A stretch of DNA of 64,000 bases. It comes from Candidatus Sumerlaeales bacterium. GTDB taxonomy: Bacteria > Sumerlaeota > Sumerlaeia > Sumerlaeales > Sumerlaeaceae. The number at the start of each line of letters is the position of its first letter. Positions within the stretch are counted from its first letter, which is position 1. This document shows positions 51,301-60,585 of the stretch, piece after piece. The DNA lies in NCBI GenBank assembly GCA_038243585.1, contig JBBSQY010000012.1:12645-76644 (forward strand). The letters run 5' to 3'. The notes under the pieces were generated by a model that worked only from the letters and a program-made list of their open reading frames with translations, made no database searches and was not told the origin of the DNA. The position numbers were made by a program, and so were the translations under genes.

Positions 51301-51544
51301 GACGTCTCTAGCTTTCATCCTGGGTGTGGTGCCGCTGGCCCTCAGCACGGGGGCCGGGGCGAGCGGCAGACAGTCAATCGGTACCGGAGTGATGGGTGGT
51401 ATGATAGGCGCCACGGTTCTGGCTGTTTTTTTCGTGCCTCTGTTTTTCGTGCTTGTCACTAAACTGACTGATAAATTATCCGGCCGTGGTCAGAAAGAAT
51501 TGGTGTTACCGCCTGCGCCCGAGCCTCCACCAACAGCGGAGTAG
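48383..51544 (+). CDS. RND efflux permease, HAE1/AcrB family
   Basis: FFIDRPVFA, IVVDDAIVVVENVER, KNAILIVEF and RFRPILMTS motifs. Confidence 0.95.
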   Translation: MFSKFFIDRPVFASVLSIIITLAGLVAIWNLPIEQFPEITPPTVSVSANYPGASAEVVAQSLAAPIEQELSGAQHMLYFQTQCANNGSLNITVTFETGTNIDLAAVEVQNRVKRAEPRLPQESIRQGIVVTKKSTAILMVAALQSEGEQYNELFLNNYATISVLDSIKRVPGVGDATVYGAKDYSMRLWINPDRMANLGITTTDIATAVSEQNGQFAAGTVGQEPNKDPVVLTFPVITRGRLEEPKEFENIILRANPDGSKVLMKDVGRAELGAQSYDLFGRLNGKPTTLMPIYLQPGANALNTAKAVQATLDELAKSFPKSVFYKIPYDTTIFVDASINEVMHTFMEAVALVLLVVFIFLQSWRATIIPLVAVPVSIIGAFAGMIALGFSINTLTLFGLILAIGIVVDDAIVVVENVERIMEEEHLPVREATIKAMEEVTGPVVAIVLVLSAVFVPVAFLGGLTGQLYKQFAVTIAISVAISGLVALTLSPALCRLLLRPSHKARRGPFKWFNSAFDWFTRAYVWTTRQFIRFAFVSLLIFGALLYGIFLFWNATPSGFVPEEDQGSFIVAILLPDGASLDRTDILAKKVESFLLKQPEVANIVTLGGLNFLSGGTSNTNASAFYVVLKDWKLREGENSNVNAIVGRVMGNFGKTPEGIVMAFNPPPIRGLGLRAGFEMQLQAKAGQNVRELAEVSQNFIAELGKQPQIQAPSGTLSVKLPQLYVDLNREKAKSMGIPINTVFATLQSYFGALYVNDFNKYGRVYRVQLQAEPEYRSKPEDIGKLFVRSGAGNMVPLSEIVTTSFRAGPNVVSRFNGFTSVQVTGAAGSGFSSGDAMAAANKVAENLPPGYGYQYSGVSYQEIIAGNQAPMVLGFGLLVVFLVLAAQYERWSLPFAVMLAVPMGIFGALVAIYLREINRDVYFQIGLLTLVGLSAKNAILIVEFCVVLRESGKGVIESAMEAARLRFRPILMTSLAFILGVVPLALSTGAGASGRQSIGTGVMGGMIGATVLAVFFVPLFFVLVTKLTDKLSGRGQKELVLPPAPEPPPTAE

Positions 51545-51614
51545 CGCTTTAACGGGAAGGTCGGATCTTCTGGAACGTTGACATCTTCGATCTTGTCTCA
51601 CAGGCACTCAACTT

Positions 51615-52913
51615 ATGTCAGACATTCCTCACGCAAAAATCCCGCAAAACGCTCCCTTGGCGGATCCTCTGCTTCGCCGCGTGGGCAGGCGTGTCAATAT
51701 GGGTGTGTATTTAAGCAAGGCGGCAGGGCCTGTGGCCGCAGTGGTGATTGCGTTTGCCATCCTGTTTCTTTTTTCCAGGATGCTGGCGCCGGCATACAGT
51801 CGCTATGCCTTTATTGCCCTTGTGGGCGTCCCTGCGGCGCTGGCGTGGGCGTGGGTAGTATGCCGTCGCGACCGGTTGTTTTTTAATGAAACGGAACTGG
51901 TGGAACTTGCTGATCATCTGACCGGCAGCGATGGACTGGCGGCCACTGCCTATGAACGGTCAATCCCTGGCAGCAACAGCTGGGAAAAAATTGGAAATCG
52001 CCTGGACACCTTACCGCTAAGGCTTAACGGTGCCTGGTTCGCGTGGCGAATCCTGCCCGCTTTAGTGTTTGCCGGCGCGGTGTTTCTGGTTCCGCCCCGT
52101 AAGCAGCCCCCCGACGCCAACGACAATATTATGTTGGCGATAACGCAGCCCCTTGCCGAGAAGATCGAAATGACGACAGATGTGCTGCCCGAGGCGGAGC
52201 GGGAAAAATTGAAGCAACAACTGGAGCAGGTGCAGGCGGCACCAGAGGGAATATCGCGTGAGAAATGGGAAGCCGTCGAAGATATGGAACAGCGCCTGGA
52301 AAACGCCCTGGCCCAGAGCGAGGCATCTACCTATCAACTATCTTCGTCCATGAATCAACTGGCGGGGCTGATATCGCAACAGGAATCGAAAGCGCCCAAC
52401 GTGAATAGCGCAGAGTTGCAATCGGACATTGAATCCCTAGCGGCTTCGATTTCGGAGCAGATGAAGAAAAACAATGTCCCGCTGAGCAAGGAAATGAAGG
52501 ACGCTTTGGAAAAAGCCACGGGAGATTGTAAGGCTGGGAATTGTAAATCCGGCGAACTGAGCGACCTAATGAAACACGTCGAAGGACTTTCGAAAAAGCT
52601 TAGTAAGGCGGGTTCGGACGGTAAGGACTTCGGGAGCGGTGGGGTAGATCGCGAACGAGGAGATGCGCCGTTTGTTATCGGCGATGAGAGGGTTCTGGAA
52701 AATGCGGCCTTTGATTCCAAACAACTGGAGAATCAGTTTTTCGAAGCCGCGGACCTGACCGACATCGGCATCACGCCCATGGACCCGAAACCTGATCCGG
52801 GGATGTTTCAGGCGGGAACGGTGAAAGACTTCGGCGCACAGCAGGGAACAAACGTAAGCCGGACGCAGATAAGCCCCAGCCAGCGAGGTGTCGTGTCGCG
52901 ATACTTCGAGTAA
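51615..52913 (+). CDS. Hypothetical membrane-anchored coiled-coil protein
   Basis: Three N-terminal TM segments, Q/E-rich helical region, ends VVSRYFE. Confidence 0.6.
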   Translation: MSDIPHAKIPQNAPLADPLLRRVGRRVNMGVYLSKAAGPVAAVVIAFAILFLFSRMLAPAYSRYAFIALVGVPAALAWAWVVCRRDRLFFNETELVELADHLTGSDGLAATAYERSIPGSNSWEKIGNRLDTLPLRLNGAWFAWRILPALVFAGAVFLVPPRKQPPDANDNIMLAITQPLAEKIEMTTDVLPEAEREKLKQQLEQVQAAPEGISREKWEAVEDMEQRLENALAQSEASTYQLSSSMNQLAGLISQQESKAPNVNSAELQSDIESLAASISEQMKKNNVPLSKEMKDALEKATGDCKAGNCKSGELSDLMKHVEGLSKKLSKAGSDGKDFGSGGVDRERGDAPFVIGDERVLENAAFDSKQLENQFFEAADLTDIGITPMDPKPDPGMFQAGTVKDFGAQQGTNVSRTQISPSQRGVVSRYFE

Positions 52914-52923
52914 GGTTTGTAGC

Positions 52924-54870
52924 TTACACCGCGGCCACTACCGGTTTTACTTCAGGCCCCGCGTTTACGGCCTCTTCGGGGCCGTAATCTGGCACAAGGT
53001 CGGGGAGTTTGGTTCTAATTCCCTGGGCATCATTCGCCTCTGCGAGCCGCTCAAGCTCCGCCAGCTGGCGTCGTAGTGTATCGACATCGACCTCTTCCGG
53101 CTGGGTTACAAAGATTTTTCCGATGTCGGTGCTCTTCACGTCCTCGCCATCGGTCAGAAGTTCTTCCTTCAGCTTTTCTCCCGGTCGCAGACCGGTAAAG
53201 ACGATCTTAATATCTTTGTCGGGCTCAAAGCCGCTTAAGCGAATCAGGTTGCGCGCCAGATCCTCGATACGGACCGGCTGTCCCATATCGAGTAGAAAAA
53301 GATGACGTTGTTGATTCAGGCTGCCTGCCTGGATCACCAGAGAGACTGCCTCTGGAATGGTCATAAAGTAGCGCGTTACGTCGGGGCTCGTGATGGTAAT
53401 TGGTCCGCCCGCCGCTATCTGTTTTTTGAACAGAGGAACTACGCTGCCCCGGCTGCCGAGTACGTTTCCAAACCGGACGGCCATAAATTTTGTGGAGGAA
53501 GTGCGCGCCAGGGAAAAGACGATCATTTCCGCCAGACGTTTGGTGGCCCCCATTACATTGGTCGGGCGAACGGCTTTGTCGGAGCTGATCAGGATGAAAC
53601 GGTCCGCACCGAATTCGTCTGCCAGTCGCGCCACATTCCGCGTGCCTGTCACGTTATTTTTGACGGCCTCTTCCGGGTGGGCTTCCATGAGCGGAACATG
53701 CTTGTGGGCGGCGGCGTGGAAGAAAATGGCCGGACGGTAGCGCTCGACGATGCTCCGCAGCTTCGCGGCGTCTCGGATGTCGCCAATGACGGGGTGGATC
53801 AGGTCTGCGTGTTCTCCCCGTTTAAGTTCCTGGGTAATTTCGTAAATGGAGTTTTCGCCGTGGCCATACATGATGATACCCGCGGGTTCGAGACTCAACA
53901 GTTGCCGACAAAGCTCGCTGCCTATGGACCCACCGGCGCCGGTGATCATGATCATCTTGCCGCGCACATAATTGCTTTCATCGGTCAGGGTCAATTTGAC
54001 CGGATCGCGGCCCAGCAAATCTTCGATTTCGACAGGGCGAATCTGGTTCAGGCTCACCCTGCCGCTCATTACGTCATGTACGGATGGCAGAATCTGAAAC
54101 CGCACATTGGCATCGGCGCAGGCGGATACGATCTCGCGCAGCTTTTCTGGCGATATACCTTTTAGTGCGACAAGGACATCTTCCACCTGGTGGCGGCGGA
54201 TGATGCGGCCGATGTCGGACAGTCCACCCTCTACCGTCAGACCGTGGATACGCAGTGACTGCTTTTCTTTATCATCGTCAACCATGGCCACCGGTTTCCA
54301 TGGACGATTAGGGCTGGCATTTATCTGCCGAAGGGCCGTGTCTGCAAGATCTCCTGCGCCCACTATGAGCAGGCGACGAGGCCGCTGTGCGCCAGTTTCT
54401 TCTGCGATATTGAGAACCTGATAGATAAGAATGCGCCGGGAGAATCGGACAAATGCCACGCCGAGAAGGCTCAAAACCCCTTCAAGAACCAGCACCGCCA
54501 TGGGTACTCGTCCTTCTATTCCGCGGAAGTATGTGGCCAAGGGTTCCACGAGCCAGGTTTCCAACGGGAGGCGTTCATATATAAGATTCAGGCCGAACAG
54601 GATAGCTGTGCCGACAGCTACAGACGCGCTTATTGCCAGCATTTCTCCGAGGCCCGCATATCGCAGTACGCCGCGATAGAGGCGAAAAGCCCAGAACATC
54701 AGCAATCGCACAATTACAAAGATGGCAACGACCAGTATATACTGGCGCTGTGCGAAGTTATAGAGGGTGAGCTCATATCGCAGATAATACGCAGCAAGCA
54801 GAGCGGCCGCCACCACTGCGGCGTCAACCGACGCCAGGCCCAGGCGCCGCCATTTTACAATTTTAGACAT
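52924..54870 (-). CDS. Membrane-bound nucleoside-diphosphate-sugar 4,6-dehydratase (CapD/PglF/WbpM family)
   Basis: TGAGGSIGSEL, HAAAHKHVP, ISSDKAVRPTNVMGATKR and RFGNVLGSRGSV motifs. Confidence 0.92.
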   Translation of the reverse strand: MSKIVKWRRLGLASVDAAVVAAALLAAYYLRYELTLYNFAQRQYILVVAIFVIVRLLMFWAFRLYRGVLRYAGLGEMLAISASVAVGTAILFGLNLIYERLPLETWLVEPLATYFRGIEGRVPMAVLVLEGVLSLLGVAFVRFSRRILIYQVLNIAEETGAQRPRRLLIVGAGDLADTALRQINASPNRPWKPVAMVDDDKEKQSLRIHGLTVEGGLSDIGRIIRRHQVEDVLVALKGISPEKLREIVSACADANVRFQILPSVHDVMSGRVSLNQIRPVEIEDLLGRDPVKLTLTDESNYVRGKMIMITGAGGSIGSELCRQLLSLEPAGIIMYGHGENSIYEITQELKRGEHADLIHPVIGDIRDAAKLRSIVERYRPAIFFHAAAHKHVPLMEAHPEEAVKNNVTGTRNVARLADEFGADRFILISSDKAVRPTNVMGATKRLAEMIVFSLARTSSTKFMAVRFGNVLGSRGSVVPLFKKQIAAGGPITITSPDVTRYFMTIPEAVSLVIQAGSLNQQRHLFLLDMGQPVRIEDLARNLIRLSGFEPDKDIKIVFTGLRPGEKLKEELLTDGEDVKSTDIGKIFVTQPEEVDVDTLRRQLAELERLAEANDAQGIRTKLPDLVPDYGPEEAVNAGPEVKPVVAAV

Positions 54871-55169
54871 CGTGTTGCCCTCTACACCCTCGGCATTTCA
54901 ACTGAGGGTGAAATAATGAAAATTTTAGTGAAAATTCCAGAAACGCGTGCTGTATATATTTTCAACGCTGAGAAGGGAGGGATCTTATTTGAGTTATTAC
55001 AGTTGCAGCGAGGTGGCTGCGAGCTAGCCTCGAGTCAGTAATCCGCGGCGAACTAGTTTAAAAGGATACTGTCTCAACAGGATAGCCCGAAATTAACCAG
55101 TTCACCGTCCTGCGCCGTAAGCGCAACAAGCGCGAAACGGTTCAACGTTCATAAGTCAGGATATAAAAT

Positions 55170-55203
55170 AAACCCCGGGACGGCGCCGCTGTCCCGGGGT
55201 TTT
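55170..55203. terminator. Bidirectional terminator-like hairpin with no adjacent gene end
   Basis: aaaccccgggacggc/gctgtcccggggttt with T-runs on both strands. Confidence 0.7.
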
Positions 55204-55601
55204 GCTTTGTGTAGGGAGTGTGGAGACGGCGGTATACTCCTAGTACGCATGGTTCGGAACATATCCAAATAGTGGTCTACGAGACTTACCATCATAATGA
55301 AATAGTCGCATCACTGGTGCGACTATTATCCTGGACCCATTAATCTAATTATTCTGGCTGAGAATAAACACTTGGAAGAACGCGAGTTCTATCCGCGCAT
55401 GGCCACTTAGGAAATGCGGTCTAAACGGGTGATGGAGAATCAATTTAAAAGACTCTTTTCGAGCGTAGCGTACTTAATCCTGTAAACTTGTCACTAGTGA
55501 TGACACAAACGCACCCCGGCAGTAATTGTCTGCCCTGCCTCGCTAAAACTGAACTGAAAAAAGACAATGATTTAACTTCCCGGCCCTGATCAACTTCCAA
55601 T

Positions 55602-55631
55602 AAAAAAGGCCGGATCGAAATGATCCGGCCT
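55602..55631 (-). terminator. Rho-independent terminator of the DUF4394 gene
   Basis: aggccggatc/gatccggcct stem with a T-run on the minus strand. Confidence 0.75.
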
Positions 55632-55664
55632 GCTTTATCAGTTATTTGTTTGTTATGCTGCTTT

Positions 55665-56963
55665 TTAAAACGGTTCCGGACCATATACTACCGTGTTGTC
55701 CGTCTCGTCTGATTCTGGAACCAGCTGTGTGCGGTCAATTACTGCAATTACATATTGGCCCGCAAATACAGCCTGATTTGATTTAAACTTAGCCTTAAGT
55801 TTTTTGAGCTTACCGGCTTTAAGCTTAACATTTTTTGAAGCAAAAGGAACATCGGCCTGGTCAAATGTTGCGTCGCTTGACACGTAGAAGTTAACTGTCG
55901 TGGGCGCGGCGTCAGTATTGCCGTTGTTGACTACAAGGAACTGACTGTTAGTGTTGCACTTGGTCACGCCCTTTTTGTTTGTTTTGCATTTTTCAGTCAG
56001 ATTTACCCAAACGCCAGTTAAGTTTGCCTGCGCAATGGATGCAGTAGAACATCCATCTGGACCCACGACTGTGCCAGTAGTGGTGTCAGGGCATTGATCC
56101 TGACTGTCAGGAATGCCGTCTCCGTCTGTATCGGGCACAAGCGTCATTCCGGTAACGCGCTCAGAGATGTTGATTTCATCAATAAGCGTGGCGGTGCCGG
56201 ATGTGAGGTCGATAAGATAAGCGCTTGATTTGGAGGCACCAGGAGCGGTTAAGGTAGCCACTGCCGTCAGACCGCCAACTTCAGTAGGTGATACATCAAG
56301 GGTGGCCAAGTCATTAGTGTTCACGCCCAAAGGCCCAACCGTCGTAAGAGAGCCGCCGTTAGGTGAAGGCGGTCCATCTAGCCCGCCGATACGCACAAGA
56401 ACGTCGAGGTTGGTATCGATACCATAAAGGGTGGTGCTGGTTTCGAGGCCGGCATTGCGAGTATAAGCCGCCGCGGTTACATTCGGGTCTGCGCCGACGT
56501 TGCTGTCGGAAAGGGAGTAGGTTAGTGCGGTATCCTGGGCGGTAGTGACACCGGTGTTCGGGTTAATGCGGTAGTTTTCTTCCTGATCTGTGATAAGACG
56601 TAGAAGATCAACCCGTGGATTAAAGTCAAAGCCGACGCTGGATCCTGCCGCTGGTGGTAAAAAACCAGTTCCCACCGCCGTAGCCGCGCCTGTCGTATAA
56701 TTAATCGTGTACAGTCGATCCTGGTTAGTAACGGCATATAGCTGCTGGTCTGTGATACGGTAATCAAGACCGACCAGCGATTCGCCGCCCTGCAGACCTG
56801 TAACAGGAATTTGCGACTGCACGTTGTTTGGCGTGAGGCTGTCGAAGCGGGCAAGTTGATTGCCCGTCGTCACGACGTATACCGTCTCAGCCTGAGACTG
56901 CGTGGCGGTGAAGCCCATAGAGAGAAGGCAGAGCAACCCTCCGAAAAATTTATTTGAACTCAT
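55665..56963 (-). CDS. Secreted DUF4394-domain protein with TSP3-like Ca-binding motif and CARDB-like domain
   Basis: LVGLDYR, GFDFNPRVD.LR, AAAYT and LYGID; DTDGDGIPDSQDQCP; VPESDETDN. Confidence 0.8.
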   Translation of the reverse strand: MSSNKFFGGLLCLLSMGFTATQSQAETVYVVTTGNQLARFDSLTPNNVQSQIPVTGLQGGESLVGLDYRITDQQLYAVTNQDRLYTINYTTGAATAVGTGFLPPAAGSSVGFDFNPRVDLLRLITDQEENYRINPNTGVTTAQDTALTYSLSDSNVGADPNVTAAAYTRNAGLETSTTLYGIDTNLDVLVRIGGLDGPPSPNGGSLTTVGPLGVNTNDLATLDVSPTEVGGLTAVATLTAPGASKSSAYLIDLTSGTATLIDEINISERVTGMTLVPDTDGDGIPDSQDQCPDTTTGTVVGPDGCSTASIAQANLTGVWVNLTEKCKTNKKGVTKCNTNSQFLVVNNGNTDAAPTTVNFYVSSDATFDQADVPFASKNVKLKAGKLKKLKAKFKSNQAVFAGQYVIAVIDRTQLVPESDETDNTVVYGPEPF

Positions 56964-57099
56964 GATCCTAATACACCCTTTCTGGTGTGTGCTATCGGCA
57001 ATTTAGCTACTGCGGTGCTGATTGATGCAGGCGAAAGCCAACCTATACAGCTAAGCAAAGGCTGTGCCCTATCGCTTTACAATAGTAAACCCTTGCCGA

Positions 57100-58887
57100 C
57101 TAACCCCAATTAATTGCGGCCTGCTGCAGCTTCCACTCTCGCTGCTGCTGAGTCCAGTCCAGAAACTCCGTTAACGGCAGGCAGTTTATGACATCCGCTG
57201 GCGTTAGCCAGCCTTTTCTGGCCATGCTGATTCCGTAGGCTACGTTCGCAATGCCCGCGACGCTGTGGGCGTCGGGATTTACGGTAAATTTTACGCCCAG
57301 TTCTTTTGCCCGACGGCAGTGGCGCCAGTCTAGGTCGAGGCGGCGGGGATCGGCGTTTATTTCCATGGCGGTGCGGGTGCGGGCGGCCGCTTTGAGTATG
57401 GCTTCCATGTCGACGCCGTAGGGATCGCGGGAGAGAAGCAGGCGACCGGTTACGTGGCCGATGGCGGTGACGTAGGGGTTTTCCATGGCGCGGATGATGC
57501 GGGCGGTCATCTCTTCCGACGGCATCTGAAACCGGCTATGGACGGACGCTACTACAAGGTCCATGGTTGCTAATATTTCATTAGGATAATCCATGGCGCC
57601 GTCGACGAGTACGTCGCATTCGCACCCTTTAAGGATGCGAAAATTAGCGGAACCCAGCGTAACGTTAACTTCGTCAATTTCCGCCTGCTGATCGGGAATG
57701 TCTTTTTTCTTTACGCCTCCGGCATAAGCGGCCAGTTCGCTGTGGTCACACACGGCAAAGTATTGCCAGCCGTAGAGGTCGCGGGCGGCGGTGGCCATTT
57801 CGGTGATGGTATTTTTGCCGTCGCTCCAGGTGGTGTGGCAGTGCAGGACGCCCAGGTAGTCTCCGGACTCGATGAGCGCTGGAACCGCGTTGTCCGCTGC
57901 GGCTTCAATTTCGCCCTGGCCTTCTCGCAGCTCTGGCGGGATCGGCGCCAGCTTCAGCGCGCTGAAAATGTCGCTTTCGGTTTCTATTCCAAGCGGCGTA
58001 TCAGCAAGTTTACCGGCTTTGGCATCGGCGGTCGGAAATACGCCATACTCGTTGATTTTCAAGCCGAGTTTCAGCGCACGGCTGCGCATCTGGGTGTTGT
58101 GTTCTTTGCTTCCGGTAAAATGATGGAGCGCAGTCGCGAACTGCGAGTCGGGAACAACGCGAAGATCAGCCTGCACATCGTCGGGCAACATAACGCTGGT
58201 TTTTGTCGCTCCGGTGGCAATGACAGAGGTGACCCATGGCAGTCCGACGAAGCAGGCAGTTACCTCGTCGGGGTTATCTGTGCTTGCCACGAAGTCCAGA
58301 TCGCCCACAATCTCCTTGCGACGCCGCAGACTCCCGGCGATTTCTGCCCGGATGACGGCGGGGCATTCGCGCAGCGCTTTCAAAATCGGTTCTGCCAAAG
58401 TGTCGGCTGTTGAAAGCATCATCTGCCCAGTGTACCGCCGCGCCTGCTCGATCCCCTCCAGCACCTTCTCCGCGGCTTTCGATGTAAAACCGCGACACGC
58501 CGCTACGCGACCGTCTTTGCAGGCCGCTTCCAGATCTTGCAGGTTGTTGATGCCGAGTTCCCCATGCAGCACCGCTATTTTTTTCGCGCCCAGCTTGGGC
58601 ACTCGCATCAGTTCCGCCAGGCCTGTCGGAACGCCTTCTCGCAGATCGGTCAGCATGGTCGATTGGCCGCTGGCTGCCAGATTACGGATAATCTCGGCTG
58701 TTGCCTTGCCAATCCCCCGCACCTTCTCAAGGCGGCCGGGGACGAGCAATTCGTCCAGCGGGGCGAGGTCGGCGATAAGCGCTCGAGCAGCGTTATCGAA
58801 CGCTTTTATTTTGAACGGATTTTCATCGCGAAACTGTAAAAGCACCGCGATTTCGCGCAATGCGGCAGCGATGTCGGATTTCGTCAT
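57100..58887 (-). CDS. polX: DNA polymerase X / PHP 3'-5' exonuclease
   Basis: ENPFK, AGSLRR.KE.VGDLD, DLR and FTGSKEHN; PHP motifs HCHT.WSDG, DHS and DAH. Confidence 0.93.
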   Translation of the reverse strand: MTKSDIAAALREIAVLLQFRDENPFKIKAFDNAARALIADLAPLDELLVPGRLEKVRGIGKATAEIIRNLAASGQSTMLTDLREGVPTGLAELMRVPKLGAKKIAVLHGELGINNLQDLEAACKDGRVAACRGFTSKAAEKVLEGIEQARRYTGQMMLSTADTLAEPILKALRECPAVIRAEIAGSLRRRKEIVGDLDFVASTDNPDEVTACFVGLPWVTSVIATGATKTSVMLPDDVQADLRVVPDSQFATALHHFTGSKEHNTQMRSRALKLGLKINEYGVFPTADAKAGKLADTPLGIETESDIFSALKLAPIPPELREGQGEIEAAADNAVPALIESGDYLGVLHCHTTWSDGKNTITEMATAARDLYGWQYFAVCDHSELAAYAGGVKKKDIPDQQAEIDEVNVTLGSANFRILKGCECDVLVDGAMDYPNEILATMDLVVASVHSRFQMPSEEMTARIIRAMENPYVTAIGHVTGRLLLSRDPYGVDMEAILKAAARTRTAMEINADPRRLDLDWRHCRRAKELGVKFTVNPDAHSVAGIANVAYGISMARKGWLTPADVINCLPLTEFLDWTQQQREWKLQQAAINWG

Positions 58888-58965
58888 TGGCTACTTATCT
58901 CCGGTGAGCGCAGCTCAGAAGCACATCGATGAACTTTAGTTTCAATTTAAGCGAACGTTAAAACA

Positions 58966-59000
58966 CCATGGATTGCGGCGAAGATAGCCGCAGTCCATGG
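58966..59000 (-). terminator. Stem-loop downstream of the NamZ-like gene
   Basis: ccatggattgcggc/gccgcagtccatgg followed by TGTTTT on the minus strand. Confidence 0.55.
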
Positions 59001-59026
59001 CGCTGAAATTAATGCCCAGGTATATT

Positions 59027-60400
59027 TTACTCCGCCGCCGGCAATTTTGCCGCTTCCTGTCCTGGCTCCGGGTACATCAGGTATTTGGCACGGATTGGTA
59101 GGAAACCCGCCACCTGGTTTTTCACCAGATCCAGTGTATCTTTTAAAGCCTTACGTTCCACTGTGCGGGCGCATACCCATGCCGACGCGGCCGTTCGGAT
59201 CGGCCAGATGTTATATGTTGGAACATCATTGCCCTTGCTGTCTTTTTTCATGCGCGTTCCATAGGTCTCCTGCATATAATCGATAACTACCTGGCCCAGG
59301 GCGTAAGCGTCAAATTTCTCGCGGTCGGTTATTTCCATGCTCGCGCCGCGGCATTTCTGTCCCTCGCCATGGTGATACCGGGCCAGCGTTCCCGTTGGAA
59401 CGAAATCCACCGGCGACAGCTTCACCCCTTCGATCAGTCCTGAGTCCTCGACGAACTTGATCAGCTCTTCCGGATTTTCAATGACAGGGCTACCAAAAAC
59501 GTGAAAAGGTTTTTCTGTACCGCGGCCCATGCTCATAATGGCTTCCGTCATGGCAATACCTGGATAGACTAGGGCCGCCTCGAGGTCCTGGATATTGGGA
59601 GACGGGTCTACCCAGCGAAGGCCGGTCTGGTCCAGATACATATTTCGGGTCCAGTTTTCCACCGGGACAACCGTCAGTTTGCAGTTGATCTTGCTTTCCT
59701 TATTAAACATCCGCGCCAACTCGCCCATGGTCATGCCGTGGGCAATAGGCATATTGAAGTAGTTGGTAATGTCGCCGATCTTGTCAAAATCCGGCAGCGG
59801 GCCCGCGACGTACAGGCCGCCGATGGGGTTAGGACGGTCTAGCACGATAACCGAAACGCCTGCCTTTGCACAGGCCTCCATCATCTTACCCATGTATGCC
59901 AGGTAGGTGTAGTAGCGGGCGCCGACATCCTGCAGATCCACGACCACAGCATCCAGACCTTTCAGTTGTTCAGGGTCGGGATAGCCAGGACGAGCCCCCT
60001 TGTACAGGCTGTAAACCATCAGCCCGGTGGCGCTATCCTTTGTGTCCTTCACGTGGGTATCGAGGTCGCCATAAAGGCCGTGCTCTGGAGCAAACAGAGT
60101 GACAAGCTGCACGTCTGGTTTGCCATGGAGCACATCCAGAATGTGGTTCCCGTCCTTGTCTATGGCCGACGTGTTTGTCAGCAGTGCCAGCTTTTTGTTT
60201 TTAAGTAACTTAAAGCTGTCGCGTTTAAGAACGTCCAGTCCGGTAAGGACATTGCCCGGACCCATGGAACGAGATTTCACCTGGATTAGTGGGGTTGTTG
60301 TGGCGCCCTGCGGCTGCGCGAATGCTGAACACGGCAACATGGCGGCGGCAAAAACAGTTCCGCAAAAAAAGGCGGCTTTCATTAAGTTAAGACAGGACAT
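59027..60400 (-). CDS. Exo-beta-N-acetylmuramidase NamZ family (DUF1343)
   Basis: GLDVL, LFAPEHG, DLQDVGARYYTY, LDRPNP, HGMTMGELA and PSPN motifs. Confidence 0.9.
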   Translation of the reverse strand: MSCLNLMKAAFFCGTVFAAAMLPCSAFAQPQGATTTPLIQVKSRSMGPGNVLTGLDVLKRDSFKLLKNKKLALLTNTSAIDKDGNHILDVLHGKPDVQLVTLFAPEHGLYGDLDTHVKDTKDSATGLMVYSLYKGARPGYPDPEQLKGLDAVVVDLQDVGARYYTYLAYMGKMMEACAKAGVSVIVLDRPNPIGGLYVAGPLPDFDKIGDITNYFNMPIAHGMTMGELARMFNKESKINCKLTVVPVENWTRNMYLDQTGLRWVDPSPNIQDLEAALVYPGIAMTEAIMSMGRGTEKPFHVFGSPVIENPEELIKFVEDSGLIEGVKLSPVDFVPTGTLARYHHGEGQKCRGASMEITDREKFDAYALGQVVIDYMQETYGTRMKKDSKGNDVPTYNIWPIRTAASAWVCARTVERKALKDTLDLVKNQVAGFLPIRAKYLMYPEPGQEAAKLPAAE

Positions 60401-60585
60401 GGCAAACCTTTAGTAGTGGCGATGGTTATAATCAGCGGGCGACGGGTAGATGTTGCAAGTTTTTTCTGTCAGGACCACGGGTCATGAAATTCCCTTAACA
60501 ATATTTATCCAACACGAATACTTTTCGAAAGCGGCAACACTCATTTCAGCCTCGCAGGCGGGGCACGATCTCGGAAGGAATTTTC

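Noticed and set aside
55085..55153. Basic mini-peptide PEINQFTVLRRKRNKRETVQRS before the orphan terminator
   Set aside because: Immediately preceded by an in-frame TAG with no standard start codon; the likeness to the S12 N-terminus is probably chance.
55219..55233. Minus-strand ACCGCCGTCTCCACA resembling a tmRNA or tRNA 3' end or att site
   Set aside because: No T-arm (GTTCRA) before it, no matching 5' acceptor strand and no integrase nearby.
56965..57095. Riboswitch upstream of the DUF4394 gene
   Set aside because: Short stems are present, but I could not match any riboswitch consensus I know.
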